NCBI GenBank assembly: GCA_034666565.1
Contig: JAXDLN010000119.1
Location: 204,162-268,161, forward strand
Direction: 5' to 3'
DNA from: Chloroflexota bacterium
GTDB lineage: Bacteria; Chloroflexota; Dormibacteria; CF-121
Length of the DNA stretch: 64,000 nt
Of the stretch, positions 49,678 to 59,081 are shown one piece after another; position 1 is the first letter of the stretch; every line of letters starts with the position of its first letter. Below the pieces are notes generated by a model. That model was not told the DNA's origin, searched no databases, and was given only the letters and a program-made list of their open reading frames with translations. A program made the position numbers and the translations under genes.

Positions 49678-50898
49678 TTATCGGCGACCCCGCAGAAACG
49701 CGGGAATATCGAGGTTCGAGGGATCGAAGCCACGGTAGGCCGGAACTTCCTCCACCGGCGCCGGGCGACTGTACTGCTCGTCGATCTCGCGGCTGGTTTC
49801 GGCCCCGGTGACGAAGCCGGTGGCGACCACGGTGATCTTGATCTCGCCAGACATCTTCTCGTCGATGACGGTTCCGAAGATGATGTTGGCGTCCTTGTCG
49901 GCGGCGGCCCGCACGATCTCGGCGGCCTCGTTGACCTCGTGCAGCGTGAGGTCTGTTCCGCCTGTGATGTTGAAGAGGATGCCGCGGGCGCCGTCGATCG
50001 AGGTCTCCAGCAGCGGGCTGGCGACGGCATCGCGGGCGGCATCGGAGGCACGCTGGTCGCCGCTGCCGAAGCCGATCCCCATGAGGGCCGCGCCCTGTCC
50101 CGACATGACGGCCTTGACGTCGGCGAAGTCCAGGTTGATCAGGCCCGGCTGGACGATCAGATCGGAGATGCCCTGCACGCCCTGGCGCAGGACGTCGTCG
50201 GCGATCTTCAGCGCCTCCGTGAATGGCACCTTCTTGTCGGTCACGTCCAGCAGCCGCTGGTTCGGAATGATGATCAAGGTATCGACCTTCTCGCGGAGCG
50301 TGGTCGAGGCCTCTTCCGCGATGGCCCGGCGCCGCGTCCCTTCGAAAGTGAAGGGCTTGGTAACAACGCCGATCGTCAGCGCACCGTTGTTGCGGGCGAT
50401 CTCTGCGACGACCGGTGCGGCGCCGGATCCGGTCCCACCGCCCATACCGGCGGTCAGGAACACCATGTCGGCGCCTTGCAAGAGTTCCGAGAGTTCTTGC
50501 TGGCTCTCTTCGGCTGCTTCGCGACCGATGGTCGGGTTGCCACCGGCACCGAGGCCGCGGGTCAGCTTCTTGCCGATGTTCATCTTGGTCTGCGCTTCGG
50601 AGTGCGCCAGCGCCTGCAGGTCGGTGTTGATGGCGATGAACTCGACGCCGCGCAGCTTGGAGCGGATCATCCGGTTCACCGCATTGCTCCCACCGCCGCC
50701 AATCCCGACGACCTTGATCCGTGCATTTCCTTCCAGGGTCCGGTCGACGTCGCGCATTGCTTCCTCCTTATCGCGCTCCAGGCGCGCCCTTACGAACCGT
50801 TCTGCAGAGACGCGCGGGCCCTGGCCCCCGCCGTAGTCGCCGGGGATGACGGGCCGTGAGGCGAGGCCCTTCATTCGAAGCTGATCGTCCATATTCAT
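49678..50898 (-). CDS. ftsZ: cell division protein FtsZ
   Basis: [16 protein letters not shown] tubulin signature, [17 protein letters not shown]. Confidence 0.95.
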   Translation of the reverse strand: MNMDDQLRMKGLASRPVIPGDYGGGQGPRVSAERFVRARLERDKEEAMRDVDRTLEGNARIKVVGIGGGGSNAVNRMIRSKLRGVEFIAINTDLQALAHSEAQTKMNIGKKLTRGLGAGGNPTIGREAAEESQQELSELLQGADMVFLTAGMGGGTGSGAAPVVAEIARNNGALTIGVVTKPFTFEGTRRRAIAEEASTTLREKVDTLIIIPNQRLLDVTDKKVPFTEALKIADDVLRQGVQGISDLIVQPGLINLDFADVKAVMSGQGAALMGIGFGSGDQRASDAARDAVASPLLETSIDGARGILFNITGGTDLTLHEVNEAAEIVRAAADKDANIIFGTVIDEKMSGEIKITVVATGFVTGAETSREIDEQYSRPAPVEEVPAYRGFDPSNLDIPAFLRGRR

Positions 50899-50913
50899 AT
50901 CGGCCTCCTTCCT

Positions 50914-52143
50914 CTAGAAGAAATCCTTGATCCAACGAACGGTCCGTGCGTACGCCGCCGAAGCGCCCGCGCCAACGGGTTGGTGCCCGTTGCCGTGGTG
51001 CCGAAGTTTTGTTCCCCATCGCAGCAGCCCGACCGCCGTGGCATAAGCGGGACCGCTGACCTGGTCACTCATGCCGATGGTTTGACCTGGCGAGCCGATG
51101 CGGACGGGCAGCTCGAGCAAACCCTGCGCCGCTTCCGTGAAGCCGAGGAGGCGGCAGCCACCGCCGGTGAAGACCACACCGCCCGGAAGGAAGCCATCGT
51201 GGCCGCCGCGGCGCATCTCGAGCTTCACCATCTCGAGGATCTCTCGGGCCCGGGGGGCGATGATCTCGGCCAGGTGACGTCGGGGCACCGCCTGCATGCG
51301 GTCCTGGCCAATCTGGTGCACCTCCACCATCTCCTCGCGTGGGATGCACGCGGGGATCGCATGGCCGTAATTGATCTTCAGCATCTCGGCCTCGGTCAGC
51401 GTGGTGCGCAACCCGATGGCGACGTCGTTGGTCACGTGCGTGGCTCCCACGGGCAGGACCGCCGTGTGTACGACGCTGCCTTCATTGAAGAGCGCCACAT
51501 CGGTGGTGCCGCCGCCGACGTCGACCAGTGCCACACCAAGGTCGAGCTCGTTGTCGTTGAGGACGGCCTCCGCCGAAGCCAGCACCTGCACCACCAGGTC
51601 TTCGACGCTCATGCCCGCCTGGTGCACGCACTTCACCACGTTCTGCACCGCGGTCAAGGAACCCGTGATGATGTGCGTCTCGACCTCGAGCCGGGAGCCC
51701 GACATGCCGACCGCGTCTTTGACGCCCTCCTGTCCATCGACCACGTAGCCACGAGGGACGACATGGATGATCTCGCGGTCGTTGGGCACGGAGACCGCGC
51801 GCGCTGCGTCGATGACGCGGGTCACGTCTTCCTGTCCGATCTCGCGGTCCTGGCGCGCGACCGCGATCACGCCACGGCTGTTCTGACTGAGGACATGCGT
51901 GCCGGCCATCCCGACAAAGCAGGACTCCAGCTTGTGACCGCACATGCGCTGCGCCGCATCGACGGCATGCGTGATGCCGCGCACGGTCTTCTCCATGTTG
52001 ACGACCACGCCGCGACGCAGACCCTCCGAAGGCGCCTCACCGACGCCGACGATGTTCAGTCCGCGCTCCGTCGGCTCGCCGACGACGCAGCAGATCTTGG
52101 TTGTGCCGATATCGAGTGCTGTGATGTATTTAGATCGAGGCAA
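50914..52143 (-). CDS. ftsA: cell division protein FtsA
   Basis: ALDIGTTKICCVVGE actin-like fold start. Directly upstream of ftsZ. Confidence 0.93.
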   Translation of the reverse strand: MPRSKYITALDIGTTKICCVVGEPTERGLNIVGVGEAPSEGLRRGVVVNMEKTVRGITHAVDAAQRMCGHKLESCFVGMAGTHVLSQNSRGVIAVARQDREIGQEDVTRVIDAARAVSVPNDREIIHVVPRGYVVDGQEGVKDAVGMSGSRLEVETHIITGSLTAVQNVVKCVHQAGMSVEDLVVQVLASAEAVLNDNELDLGVALVDVGGGTTDVALFNEGSVVHTAVLPVGATHVTNDVAIGLRTTLTEAEMLKINYGHAIPACIPREEMVEVHQIGQDRMQAVPRRHLAEIIAPRAREILEMVKLEMRRGGHDGFLPGGVVFTGGGCRLLGFTEAAQGLLELPVRIGSPGQTIGMSDQVSGPAYATAVGLLRWGTKLRHHGNGHQPVGAGASAAYARTVRWIKDFF

Positions 52144-52249
52144 AAACCTTTCCTGGAACGTTGGCTGGAACCGGCGAGCCCATTATAGAGGGGTTCGGGC
52201 GGAACGACAACACAAGCTGGCCAGTTTTCCACAGGCCAGTTCCGTGCCC

Positions 52250-52615
52250 CTAGAGCAGGTGCCTCCGAATGACGGCCAGGTTGTCGAAGATGCGAACGCC
52301 GAAGGCGACGATGGCGGCAAAGTAGAGTTCCACGCCGAGCTTGTCGCCCAGGTACGTCAGCGCGCCGGCGGCGAGTGAGTTGACCAGCAGCCCTGAGATG
52401 AATACCTTGTTTTCGAAGTTTCCGTTCAGCCAGGCCTTGACCGCACCCAGAACGGAGTCGAGTGCCGCCAGGATCATCACCGCGGTGTAGCGCGAGTAGC
52501 CTGGCGGGATCTGCACCGGCGCATTGAGGCCGATGACGATGCCAAGGATGCCGAAGACGATGACGGCGGCGACCAGCCAGAGGGCTTCGCGCGAACCGGC
52601 GGCCGGCAGCCTCAT
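52250..52615 (-). CDS. sbp: small basic membrane protein (DUF1290, Sbp/YlxX-like)
   Basis: Start taken at MRLPAAGSREALWLVAAVIVFGILG. Conserved position between ftsQ and ftsA in Gram-positive-type dcw clusters. Confidence 0.6.
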   Translation of the reverse strand: MRLPAAGSREALWLVAAVIVFGILGIVIGLNAPVQIPPGYSRYTAVMILAALDSVLGAVKAWLNGNFENKVFISGLLVNSLAAGALTYLGDKLGVELYFAAIVAFGVRIFDNLAVIRRHLL

Positions 52616-53418
52616 TTCCGCCCTCGCATCTGCACCGCCGGCGCGCCCGGGTTCTCGAGGTTGATGTACTGGATCTGCGCGGAGGTGAAATCGATCCGGC
52701 TGCTGAGCGCCCGCAGGGCCGCCAACTTCGGCTCCAGGGTGGCGCGGTCGTCGCTGGTGACCATCTGGCCGAAGATGATGGTCCATCCGCGGTCGGTTTG
52801 CGCACTCAGCACCTGGCGGCGGTCGAGCTGAAAGGACATCAGCGAGATTTTGAACGCCGGAGCAAAGCCGGCCTTCAACTGCAGCAGCATGGGCAGCAGG
52901 TCGCGGTCGACCGCATGCTGGCCGAAGGCTACCGGGCCGAAGTCGGGCCGGTTGATCACCGTCAGTCCGCCGGCCTCCGCGGCCGGGTCGAGGACCTGAC
53001 CGAGATCATTCATGGCGTAGGTCGCCTCCCCCACCTGAAGGACGGCCGATGGCTTCCACTCGGTGATCCTTGCCGTGACCCGGTCGGGCAGGGCCAGGCT
53101 GACAGTCGCCGACCGGACCCAGGGCATCGCCATCAGGCGCTGCTCGAGCTCGCCGTGGTTGAGAAAGAAGATGTTGCGGTCTGCCGGGAGCGCAAGCGCC
53201 GTAGTGATTTGCGCCGGCGTGAGATGGGTCGTGCCGATTACCTCGACCTGCCGCGGCCGGAAGGCCGGCTGTGCCAGGAGGAAAAGCGCGGCGAAGACTT
53301 CGGCACCGAGGATCGCGATCTGTGCCACCGCCCAGATCCAGCCACGCGAGGATGCGCGAGACTTGGCCGGCGCCGGGGCGGTTCGCCGCCGTCGCTTGGA
53401 GATGGTGCCGACCGTCAT
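52612..53418 (-). CDS. ftsQ: cell division protein FtsQ/DivIB
   Basis: N-terminal TM, POTRA domain and FtsQ beta domain. Located between ddl and ftsA. Confidence 0.8.
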   Translation of the reverse strand: MTVGTISKRRRRTAPAPAKSRASSRGWIWAVAQIAILGAEVFAALFLLAQPAFRPRQVEVIGTTHLTPAQITTALALPADRNIFFLNHGELEQRLMAMPWVRSATVSLALPDRVTARITEWKPSAVLQVGEATYAMNDLGQVLDPAAEAGGLTVINRPDFGPVAFGQHAVDRDLLPMLLQLKAGFAPAFKISLMSFQLDRRQVLSAQTDRGWTIIFGQMVTSDDRATLEPKLAALRALSSRIDFTSAQIQYINLENPGAPAVQMRGRK

Positions 53419-54563
53419 TCGGCGGCCTCGGGCGGAAGCAGGCGGCTGTCGATCGCCGTCTGCGAGCGCTGCCGGTCGTTGAATCGCTCGATGGCGAGTT
53501 CGACCAGGCGCTCGATCAGCGTTGGGTAGGGCAGACCCGAGGCTTCCCAGAGCTTGGGATACATGCTGATGCGCGTAAACCCCGGGATAGTGTTGAGCTC
53601 GTTGAGGAGGAGCCGGCCGGAGGCGCGCTCCATGAAGAAGTCCACCCGGGCCATGCCGGCGGCGTCCACCGCCTGGAAGGCGCGCACCGCCATGCCCTGA
53701 GCCTCTTGCGCGACGGCGTCGTCGACCGGGGCCGGGATCAGCAGCCGAGAGCCCTCGTCGAGATATTTCGCGTCGTAGTCATAGAACTCGTGCGCCGGCA
53801 CCACCTCGCCCACGACCGAGGCCTCGGGCTCGTCATTGCCGAGGACGCTGATCTCGAGTTCGCGGGCATCGACGGCGCGTTCCACCAGCAGCTTGCGATC
53901 AAACGTACTGGCGAGGCGAAGCCCCTCGACCAGCTCGTCGCGGTTGTGGGCCTTGGTGGTGCCGACGCTGGAGCCGGAGTTCGCGAACTTCGTGAAGCAC
54001 GGGTATCCGATCCGCTCTTCGACCAGGGCGACAAACGCATCGGGGTCGCGCTCGTACTGGCGGCGCGTCGTCGGCAGGTAGTCGACCACCGGCAGACCTG
54101 CGGCGGCAAACGCGCGCTTCATGTAGATCTTGTCGAGGCCGAGCGCCGACCCAAGCACCCCGGCGCCGACGTAGGGAAGGTTGGCCAGCTCGAGCACCCC
54201 CTGGATGGTGCCGTCCTCACCGTTGAGGCCGTGAAAGACGGGGAAGACGACATCAAGTGGGAGAAGGCCCCCACCCTGCCCTCCCCCGGGGGGCGAGGGA
54301 GATTCCCGACCGTCCTGGGCCGGAACAAGTGAGTGTTGGGTTGGGTCCGGGGGCAGATAGACGTAGGTGCGGGCCGCGGCGTTGCTCACGAGCCGCTGAA
54401 GGGAATCACCGGTTAGCCAGCGACCCTCCTTGTCGATGTAGAGTGGCACCGCCTCGAAGCGTTGTGGATCCATGGCGGCGATGATCGACTGGGCTGAAAG
54501 GATGGAGACCTCGTGCTCGGTCGACCGCCCGCCGAATAGGACCCCGACCCGCAGCCGCTTCAC
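53415..54563 (-). CDS. ddl: D-alanine--D-alanine ligase (carries an in-frame repeat-derived ~12-aa insertion)
   Basis: MKRLRVGVLFGGRSTEHEVS, DVVFPVFHGLNGEDGTIQG and ATP-grasp motifs. The SPSPPGGGQGGG insert is encoded by repeat copy C. Confidence 0.92.
   Translation of the reverse strand: MKRLRVGVLFGGRSTEHEVSILSAQSIIAAMDPQRFEAVPLYIDKEGRWLTGDSLQRLVSNAAARTYVYLPPDPTQHSLVPAQDGRESPSPPGGGQGGGLLPLDVVFPVFHGLNGEDGTIQGVLELANLPYVGAGVLGSALGLDKIYMKRAFAAAGLPVVDYLPTTRRQYERDPDAFVALVEERIGYPCFTKFANSGSSVGTTKAHNRDELVEGLRLASTFDRKLLVERAVDARELEISVLGNDEPEASVVGEVVPAHEFYDYDAKYLDEGSRLLIPAPVDDAVAQEAQGMAVRAFQAVDAAGMARVDFFMERASGRLLLNELNTIPGFTRISMYPKLWEASGLPYPTLIERLVELAIERFNDRQRSQTAIDSRLLPPEAAE
54266..54305 (-). repeat. 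copy C of the C-tract/G-tract hairpin/G4 repeat, in-frame inside ddl
   Basis: ggcccccaccctgccctcccccggggggcgagggagatt. Minus-sense: AAUCUCCCUCGCCCCCCGGGGGAGGGCAGGGUGGGGGCC. Confidence 0.7.
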
Positions 54564-55540
54564 GCTTGCTTAGCCCGGCCGATGACGCGGATCTCCGGTT
54601 CCAGCTCGATGCCGAACCGTTCTTGGACGCGATCCCGCATCTCGGCCATTAAGGCTAGCACGTCATCGGCGGACGCCCCGCCCAGGTTGACGATGAAATT
54701 TGCGTGTTTCGGTGAGACCTGGGCGCCGCCGATTCGCAGGCCTTTGAGGCCGCACACATCGATCAGGCGGCCGGCGGAATCGCCCGGTGGGTTCTTGAAA
54801 GTGCTGCCCAGGCTTCGCTGCTCGATTGGCTGAGTCGCGCGACGATGCTTCTGCACCTCCAGGAGACGCGCGCGCACCGTCGCCGGCGGCTCGCTGGTTG
54901 TCGCGAAGGTCGCCGACGTGATCACCCATCGATCGCGCGAGCGTTTGAAGGCCGAATCGCGATAGGCGAAGCCGCACTCGGCCGCCGTCATGAGCTGGCG
55001 CTTGCCCTCTGGGTCGACGACCTCTGCGCGCTGGAGGCGATCCTTGACCTCGCCGCCAAACGCACCCGCGTTGCCGAACACCGAACCGCCAACGGTGCCC
55101 GGGACACCCGCGGCAAACTCCAGCCCGCCTCGGCCTGCCTTGGCCATCTCCGATGCGAGCTTCGGCATCAGGGCCCCCGCGGAAACCGACACGCCATCCT
55201 CGTCGACGGAAATTCGAGCGGTGCTCAGCTTGATCGTGAGCCCCGGCAGTTCGTCGCTGGCGAACAGCGTGTTGGTGGCGGCCCCGATGACGAGGTACGG
55301 GACCTGGTCGCGATGCAGCCGTCCGACCAGGTCTGGCAACACCGCATCGTCGGCGACCTCGAGGAAATATCGGGCGCGGCCGCCGATGCCATACCAGCTA
55401 TGCGGCTGCAGCGGCTCATGCTCCCGGACGCCGGGATAGGAAGCAAGCCACGCGTCAGGCAACCGGCGAGCGCTCCAGCACCTCAGCCGTCTTGCCGACG
55501 GCATCGTCGAAGCCGCGCACCGACATGAAAACGATGACAT
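54560..55540 (-). CDS. murB: UDP-N-acetylenolpyruvoylglucosamine reductase
   Basis: FAD-binding region WYGIGGRARYF...VPYLVIGAATNTLF. The start may be downstream of 55540, because the track ORF overlaps murC by 86 nt. Confidence 0.85.
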   Translation of the reverse strand: MSSFSCRCAASTMPSARRLRCWSARRLPDAWLASYPGVREHEPLQPHSWYGIGGRARYFLEVADDAVLPDLVGRLHRDQVPYLVIGAATNTLFASDELPGLTIKLSTARISVDEDGVSVSAGALMPKLASEMAKAGRGGLEFAAGVPGTVGGSVFGNAGAFGGEVKDRLQRAEVVDPEGKRQLMTAAECGFAYRDSAFKRSRDRWVITSATFATTSEPPATVRARLLEVQKHRRATQPIEQRSLGSTFKNPPGDSAGRLIDVCGLKGLRIGGAQVSPKHANFIVNLGGASADDVLALMAEMRDRVQERFGIELEPEIRVIGRAKQA

Positions 55541-56858
55541 CGCCGGGTCGGGCGGCCGACGCCAGCTTGTAAGCCGCAGAACGCGCCGAGTCTACGGTGA
55601 CGACCTCATCGACACCTGTGATGCGCCTCGCCAGGTCCTGTGAGGTGACGGTGTCGGCGAGGTGGCGCTCGCGGGCAGGCTCGATCGGACCGATGACGAC
55701 CAGCGCGCAGCCCGCAAAGGCATCGGCGTAGCCGTCGATCAAGGCCAGCGTCCGCGAGTAGGTGTGGGGCACGAAACAGGCCAGCACCCGGCCCGGATGA
55801 AAGCGCTCCTGCGCCGCCTGCAGGGTGGCGCGAACCTTCGCCGGGTGGTGTGCGTAATCGTCGACCAGGGTGACGCCGCGCACCTGGCCACGGATCTCGA
55901 ACCGGCGCGAGACGCCCTGGAAGCGTCCGATGGCATCCACGGCCACCGGCACCGGCACCCCGAGCCGCACGCTGGCGGCCAGTGCCGCGAGCGCGTTGGT
56001 CGCATTGTGCTCTCCCGGAAGTCGGGTGCTGACGACGGCGAGCACCTTGCCCTCGTGCCACGCGGTGAACCGCATGCCCTCTCCATCGATCTGGACGTCG
56101 CGTCCCTGCCAGTCGGCGCCGCCGCGCAGCCCGTAGGTCTCGACATTGGCGCGGGTCCGATTCAGCAGCCGCCGCACCGTCGCATCATCGGCGTTGGCGA
56201 TCAGGCGGTCTTCCTGCCCGAGGTCCTCGAGGAACTGACGGAACACCGCCTCGTAGGCGGCCGGGTCGGGAAAGACGTCGGGATGGTCCCAGTCGATGTT
56301 GGTCAGCACCGCCAGCTGCGGCGAGAAATGCAGGAACTTGGGCCGGGGATCGAAGACGGCCGACGTGTACTCATCGCCTTCGAAGACGAATTCCCGGCCG
56401 CTGCCCCAGGCAGCCGCCGAGCCCAGATCCTTGACGGCCATCCCGAGGCGAAACCCTGGGTTGCGGCCGGCCGATCGAAGAATCCAGGCGATCAAGCTGG
56501 CCGTCGTTGTCTTGCCCGCCGAGCCGGCGACCACGACGCGATATCGATCGGCGGTCAGCTCGCCCCAGTATTCCGCCTCGCTCACCAGCCGGATGTGAAG
56601 CCGGCGCGCCGCCTCGGTTTCGGGGTTGCCCTCCCGCACCTGGTTGCCCTGCACGACTAGGTCGGGCTTCCCCCAGCGCGTGAGGTTGGCCGCGGCGTGG
56701 CCGTCGACCCACTTGATGCCGGCCTTCGTGAGCAGGTCCGTCGTGGGCGGGTATGCGTCCTCATCAGAGCCGGTCACCTCGTTCCCCAACTGCTTGGCGA
56801 CCAGCGCCAGTCCCGACACCGCGTAGCCGCAGATGCCGATGAAATAGATGCGCATCAA
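55455..56858 (-). CDS. murC: UDP-N-acetylmuramate--L-alanine ligase (MurC), Mpl-like sequence type
   Basis: MRIYFIGICGYAVSGLA...EVTGSDEDAYPP and EGDEYTSAVFDPRPKFLHF resemble Mpl more than E. coli MurC. The murC call rests on dcw context. Confidence 0.75.
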   Translation of the reverse strand: MMRIYFIGICGYAVSGLALVAKQLGNEVTGSDEDAYPPTTDLLTKAGIKWVDGHAAANLTRWGKPDLVVQGNQVREGNPETEAARRLHIRLVSEAEYWGELTADRYRVVVAGSAGKTTTASLIAWILRSAGRNPGFRLGMAVKDLGSAAAWGSGREFVFEGDEYTSAVFDPRPKFLHFSPQLAVLTNIDWDHPDVFPDPAAYEAVFRQFLEDLGQEDRLIANADDATVRRLLNRTRANVETYGLRGGADWQGRDVQIDGEGMRFTAWHEGKVLAVVSTRLPGEHNATNALAALAASVRLGVPVPVAVDAIGRFQGVSRRFEIRGQVRGVTLVDDYAHHPAKVRATLQAAQERFHPGRVLACFVPHTYSRTLALIDGYADAFAGCALVVIGPIEPARERHLADTVTSQDLARRITGVDEVVTVDSARSAAYKLASAARPGDVIVFMSVRGFDDAVGKTAEVLERSPVA

Positions 56859-57916
56859 GCGTTGACGGCGGCTTGGAGCAAGCCCGCCACCTCCTCGGCG
56901 GCCCGCGGTCGACCCAACCCGCGCATGGCGCTCACCATCTTGCTATACCCGGCCGGGTCGTCGGCAATGGCCGCGATTTCCCGGATGAGGCGGGGACCGT
57001 CAAAGTCCTCATTGGCGATCACTCGCGCCGCCCCCGCCCGTTCGAACGGCTCCGCGTTGAGGCGTTGATGACCGCCGGCAAAGGGACCGGGGATGAGCAG
57101 CATTGGAATCCCCGCTGCACTGACCTCGCTGATGCTTCCGGCGCCGGCGCGGCTCACGACGAGGTCAGCGGCGTACACCTTCGCGGCCAGGTCATCGGCG
57201 AACGCAAACGGATGGTAGCCTCCGCTCGGCGATCCGAGGCTCTCCAACCAGCGAGCGTCGCGCTCGCCGGTTTGATGCCAGACGTCCAAGCCGAGCCGGC
57301 CGGTGAGGTCCGGCACGGCGGTTGCCACCGCCTGGTTGATACGGTGGGCGCCCTGGCTGCCGCCCAGGATCAGGAGTCGCCGCGGGCGCACAGGAAAATC
57401 GTCGCGGGGCTTCCAGAATTCGGCCCGGACCGGTGTCCCGGTAACGACCGCCCTCGCATGCAGATGGCGGGCCGACTCCGGGTACGCAGTCGCCACCACC
57501 CTGGCGACGCGAGAGAGGAGGCGCGTCGCTCGGCCCGGCATCGCGTTCTGTTCCTGGAGTACCACCGGCACCCGCACCGCGGCGGCGGCGAGCACGACCG
57601 GCGCGCTGACGTAGCCGCCGGTTCCGAGCACGACGTCGGGACGAAAGCGGCGCACAATGCCCGCTGCCTGCAGGAGCGCTCGGGGGGCAACGAAGGGAAA
57701 CGACCAGTTGCGCCAGATCCTCTCCCTGTCGAGCTTGGCGGCAACGATGGTCCGCATCGGTATGGCGTAGCGAGGCACGACCTGCTCCTCCATGCCACCA
57801 CGCCGTCCGACATAGAGAAGTTGCGTATCAGGTGCGTTCCGCAACAGCGCCTGCGCGACGGCGATCGCCGGGAACAAGTGTCCGCCCGTTCCGCCGCCCG
57901 AGATCAATACTCGCAT
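56855..57916 (-). CDS. murG: undecaprenyldiphospho-muramoylpentapeptide beta-N-acetylglucosaminyltransferase
   Basis: MRVLISGGGTGGHLFPAIAVAQAL. Confidence 0.93.
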   Translation of the reverse strand: MRVLISGGGTGGHLFPAIAVAQALLRNAPDTQLLYVGRRGGMEEQVVPRYAIPMRTIVAAKLDRERIWRNWSFPFVAPRALLQAAGIVRRFRPDVVLGTGGYVSAPVVLAAAAVRVPVVLQEQNAMPGRATRLLSRVARVVATAYPESARHLHARAVVTGTPVRAEFWKPRDDFPVRPRRLLILGGSQGAHRINQAVATAVPDLTGRLGLDVWHQTGERDARWLESLGSPSGGYHPFAFADDLAAKVYAADLVVSRAGAGSISEVSAAGIPMLLIPGPFAGGHQRLNAEPFERAGAARVIANEDFDGPRLIREIAAIADDPAGYSKMVSAMRGLGRPRAAEEVAGLLQAAVNA

Positions 57917-59081
57917 GCCGGATCCATCCCACCTTCTCGCTCTGGGTCGAAACGTTCATCAGTATGCCGACCGCCAGCAGCGCGATCGCCAGCGATGAGC
58001 CACCATAGCTGATGAAGGGCAACGGGATGCCGGTGGTGGGCAGGGTCACGGTGACGGCGGCGATATTGATCAGGGCCTGCAAGGCGATCCAGGTGGTCAC
58101 GCCGCAGGCGAGCAGGGACCCGAAGGCGTCCGGAGCCTTGAGCGCAACCCGGTAGCCGCGATAGGCAAAGAGGCCAAACAGGGCGAGCACCGCGCTGGTG
58201 CCAAGCAGCCCGGTTTCCTCGCCGACGATGGCGAAGATGAAGTCGGTATGGGCAAAGGGCAGCCACTGGTACTTCTGAATGCTGTGACCCAGGCCAACGC
58301 CGGCGAAGCCGCCCGACCCGAGCGCCACCACCGACTGGATTGCCTGGAAGCCGGTGTTGAGCGGATCCGACCAGGGATCGACGAAGGCCAGGATGCGATG
58401 CAATCGGTAGGGCTCCATCTGAATGAAGAGGTAGACACAGAGCGCCATGATCAGCGCCAGCAGCAGAACATGGCGCTTGCGCCCGCCGGCCACCAGGAAC
58501 TGAGCGAGCAGGATGCCGGCGAGGATCAGGGTGGTTCCCAGGTCGCGCTCCAGGATGACCAGCAGGATCGTGAATCCGAGTAGCGCGAGAAAGGGCACGA
58601 CGCCGTTTTCCAGCGAGGAGAGCCGGTCGCGGTGACGCTCCAACCAGAGGGCCATGAAGATGATGGCGGCAATCTTGGCCAGCTCGGCGGGCTGCATCTG
58701 CAGCGGTCCGAGGCGCAGCCAGCGGCGGGCGCCGTTGACCTCGACGCCGAAATGCGGCAGCAGCACCAACACCATGAGAACGACGGTCGCGACGGCCAGC
58801 GGCCAGGCGAGCGGCCGAAGGCGGTGATAGTCGAGGTTGGCTCCAGCGAAGAGCAGGACGACGCCCAGCGCCAGCCACATCAGTTGGTGCTCGAAGTAGT
58901 AGGCGGGATTGTGGAACCACAACCAGCCCTGCACCTCCGAAGCGGAGAAGACCATCACCAGGCCGAAGGCGGTCAGCGCCGCGACCGCCAGCAGCAGGGC
59001 GCGGTCGCCGCGACGCCACAGCCGAATCGATGCCAGCGTGCGCGGCGCGGCCGGAAGCTCGAGCGCGGCCCGCGCCCTCAT
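57828..59081 (-). CDS. ftsW: SEDS-family peptidoglycan glycosyltransferase FtsW
   Basis: ~10 TM helices. ATGA overlap with the murD stop, and the C-terminus overlaps the murG start by 89 nt. Confidence 0.88.
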   Translation of the reverse strand: MRARAALELPAAPRTLASIRLWRRGDRALLLAVAALTAFGLVMVFSASEVQGWLWFHNPAYYFEHQLMWLALGVVLLFAGANLDYHRLRPLAWPLAVATVVLMVLVLLPHFGVEVNGARRWLRLGPLQMQPAELAKIAAIIFMALWLERHRDRLSSLENGVVPFLALLGFTILLVILERDLGTTLILAGILLAQFLVAGGRKRHVLLLALIMALCVYLFIQMEPYRLHRILAFVDPWSDPLNTGFQAIQSVVALGSGGFAGVGLGHSIQKYQWLPFAHTDFIFAIVGEETGLLGTSAVLALFGLFAYRGYRVALKAPDAFGSLLACGVTTWIALQALINIAAVTVTLPTTGIPLPFISYGGSSLAIALLAVGILMNVSTQSEKVGWIRHASIDLGRRNGRTLVPGDRRRAGAVAERT

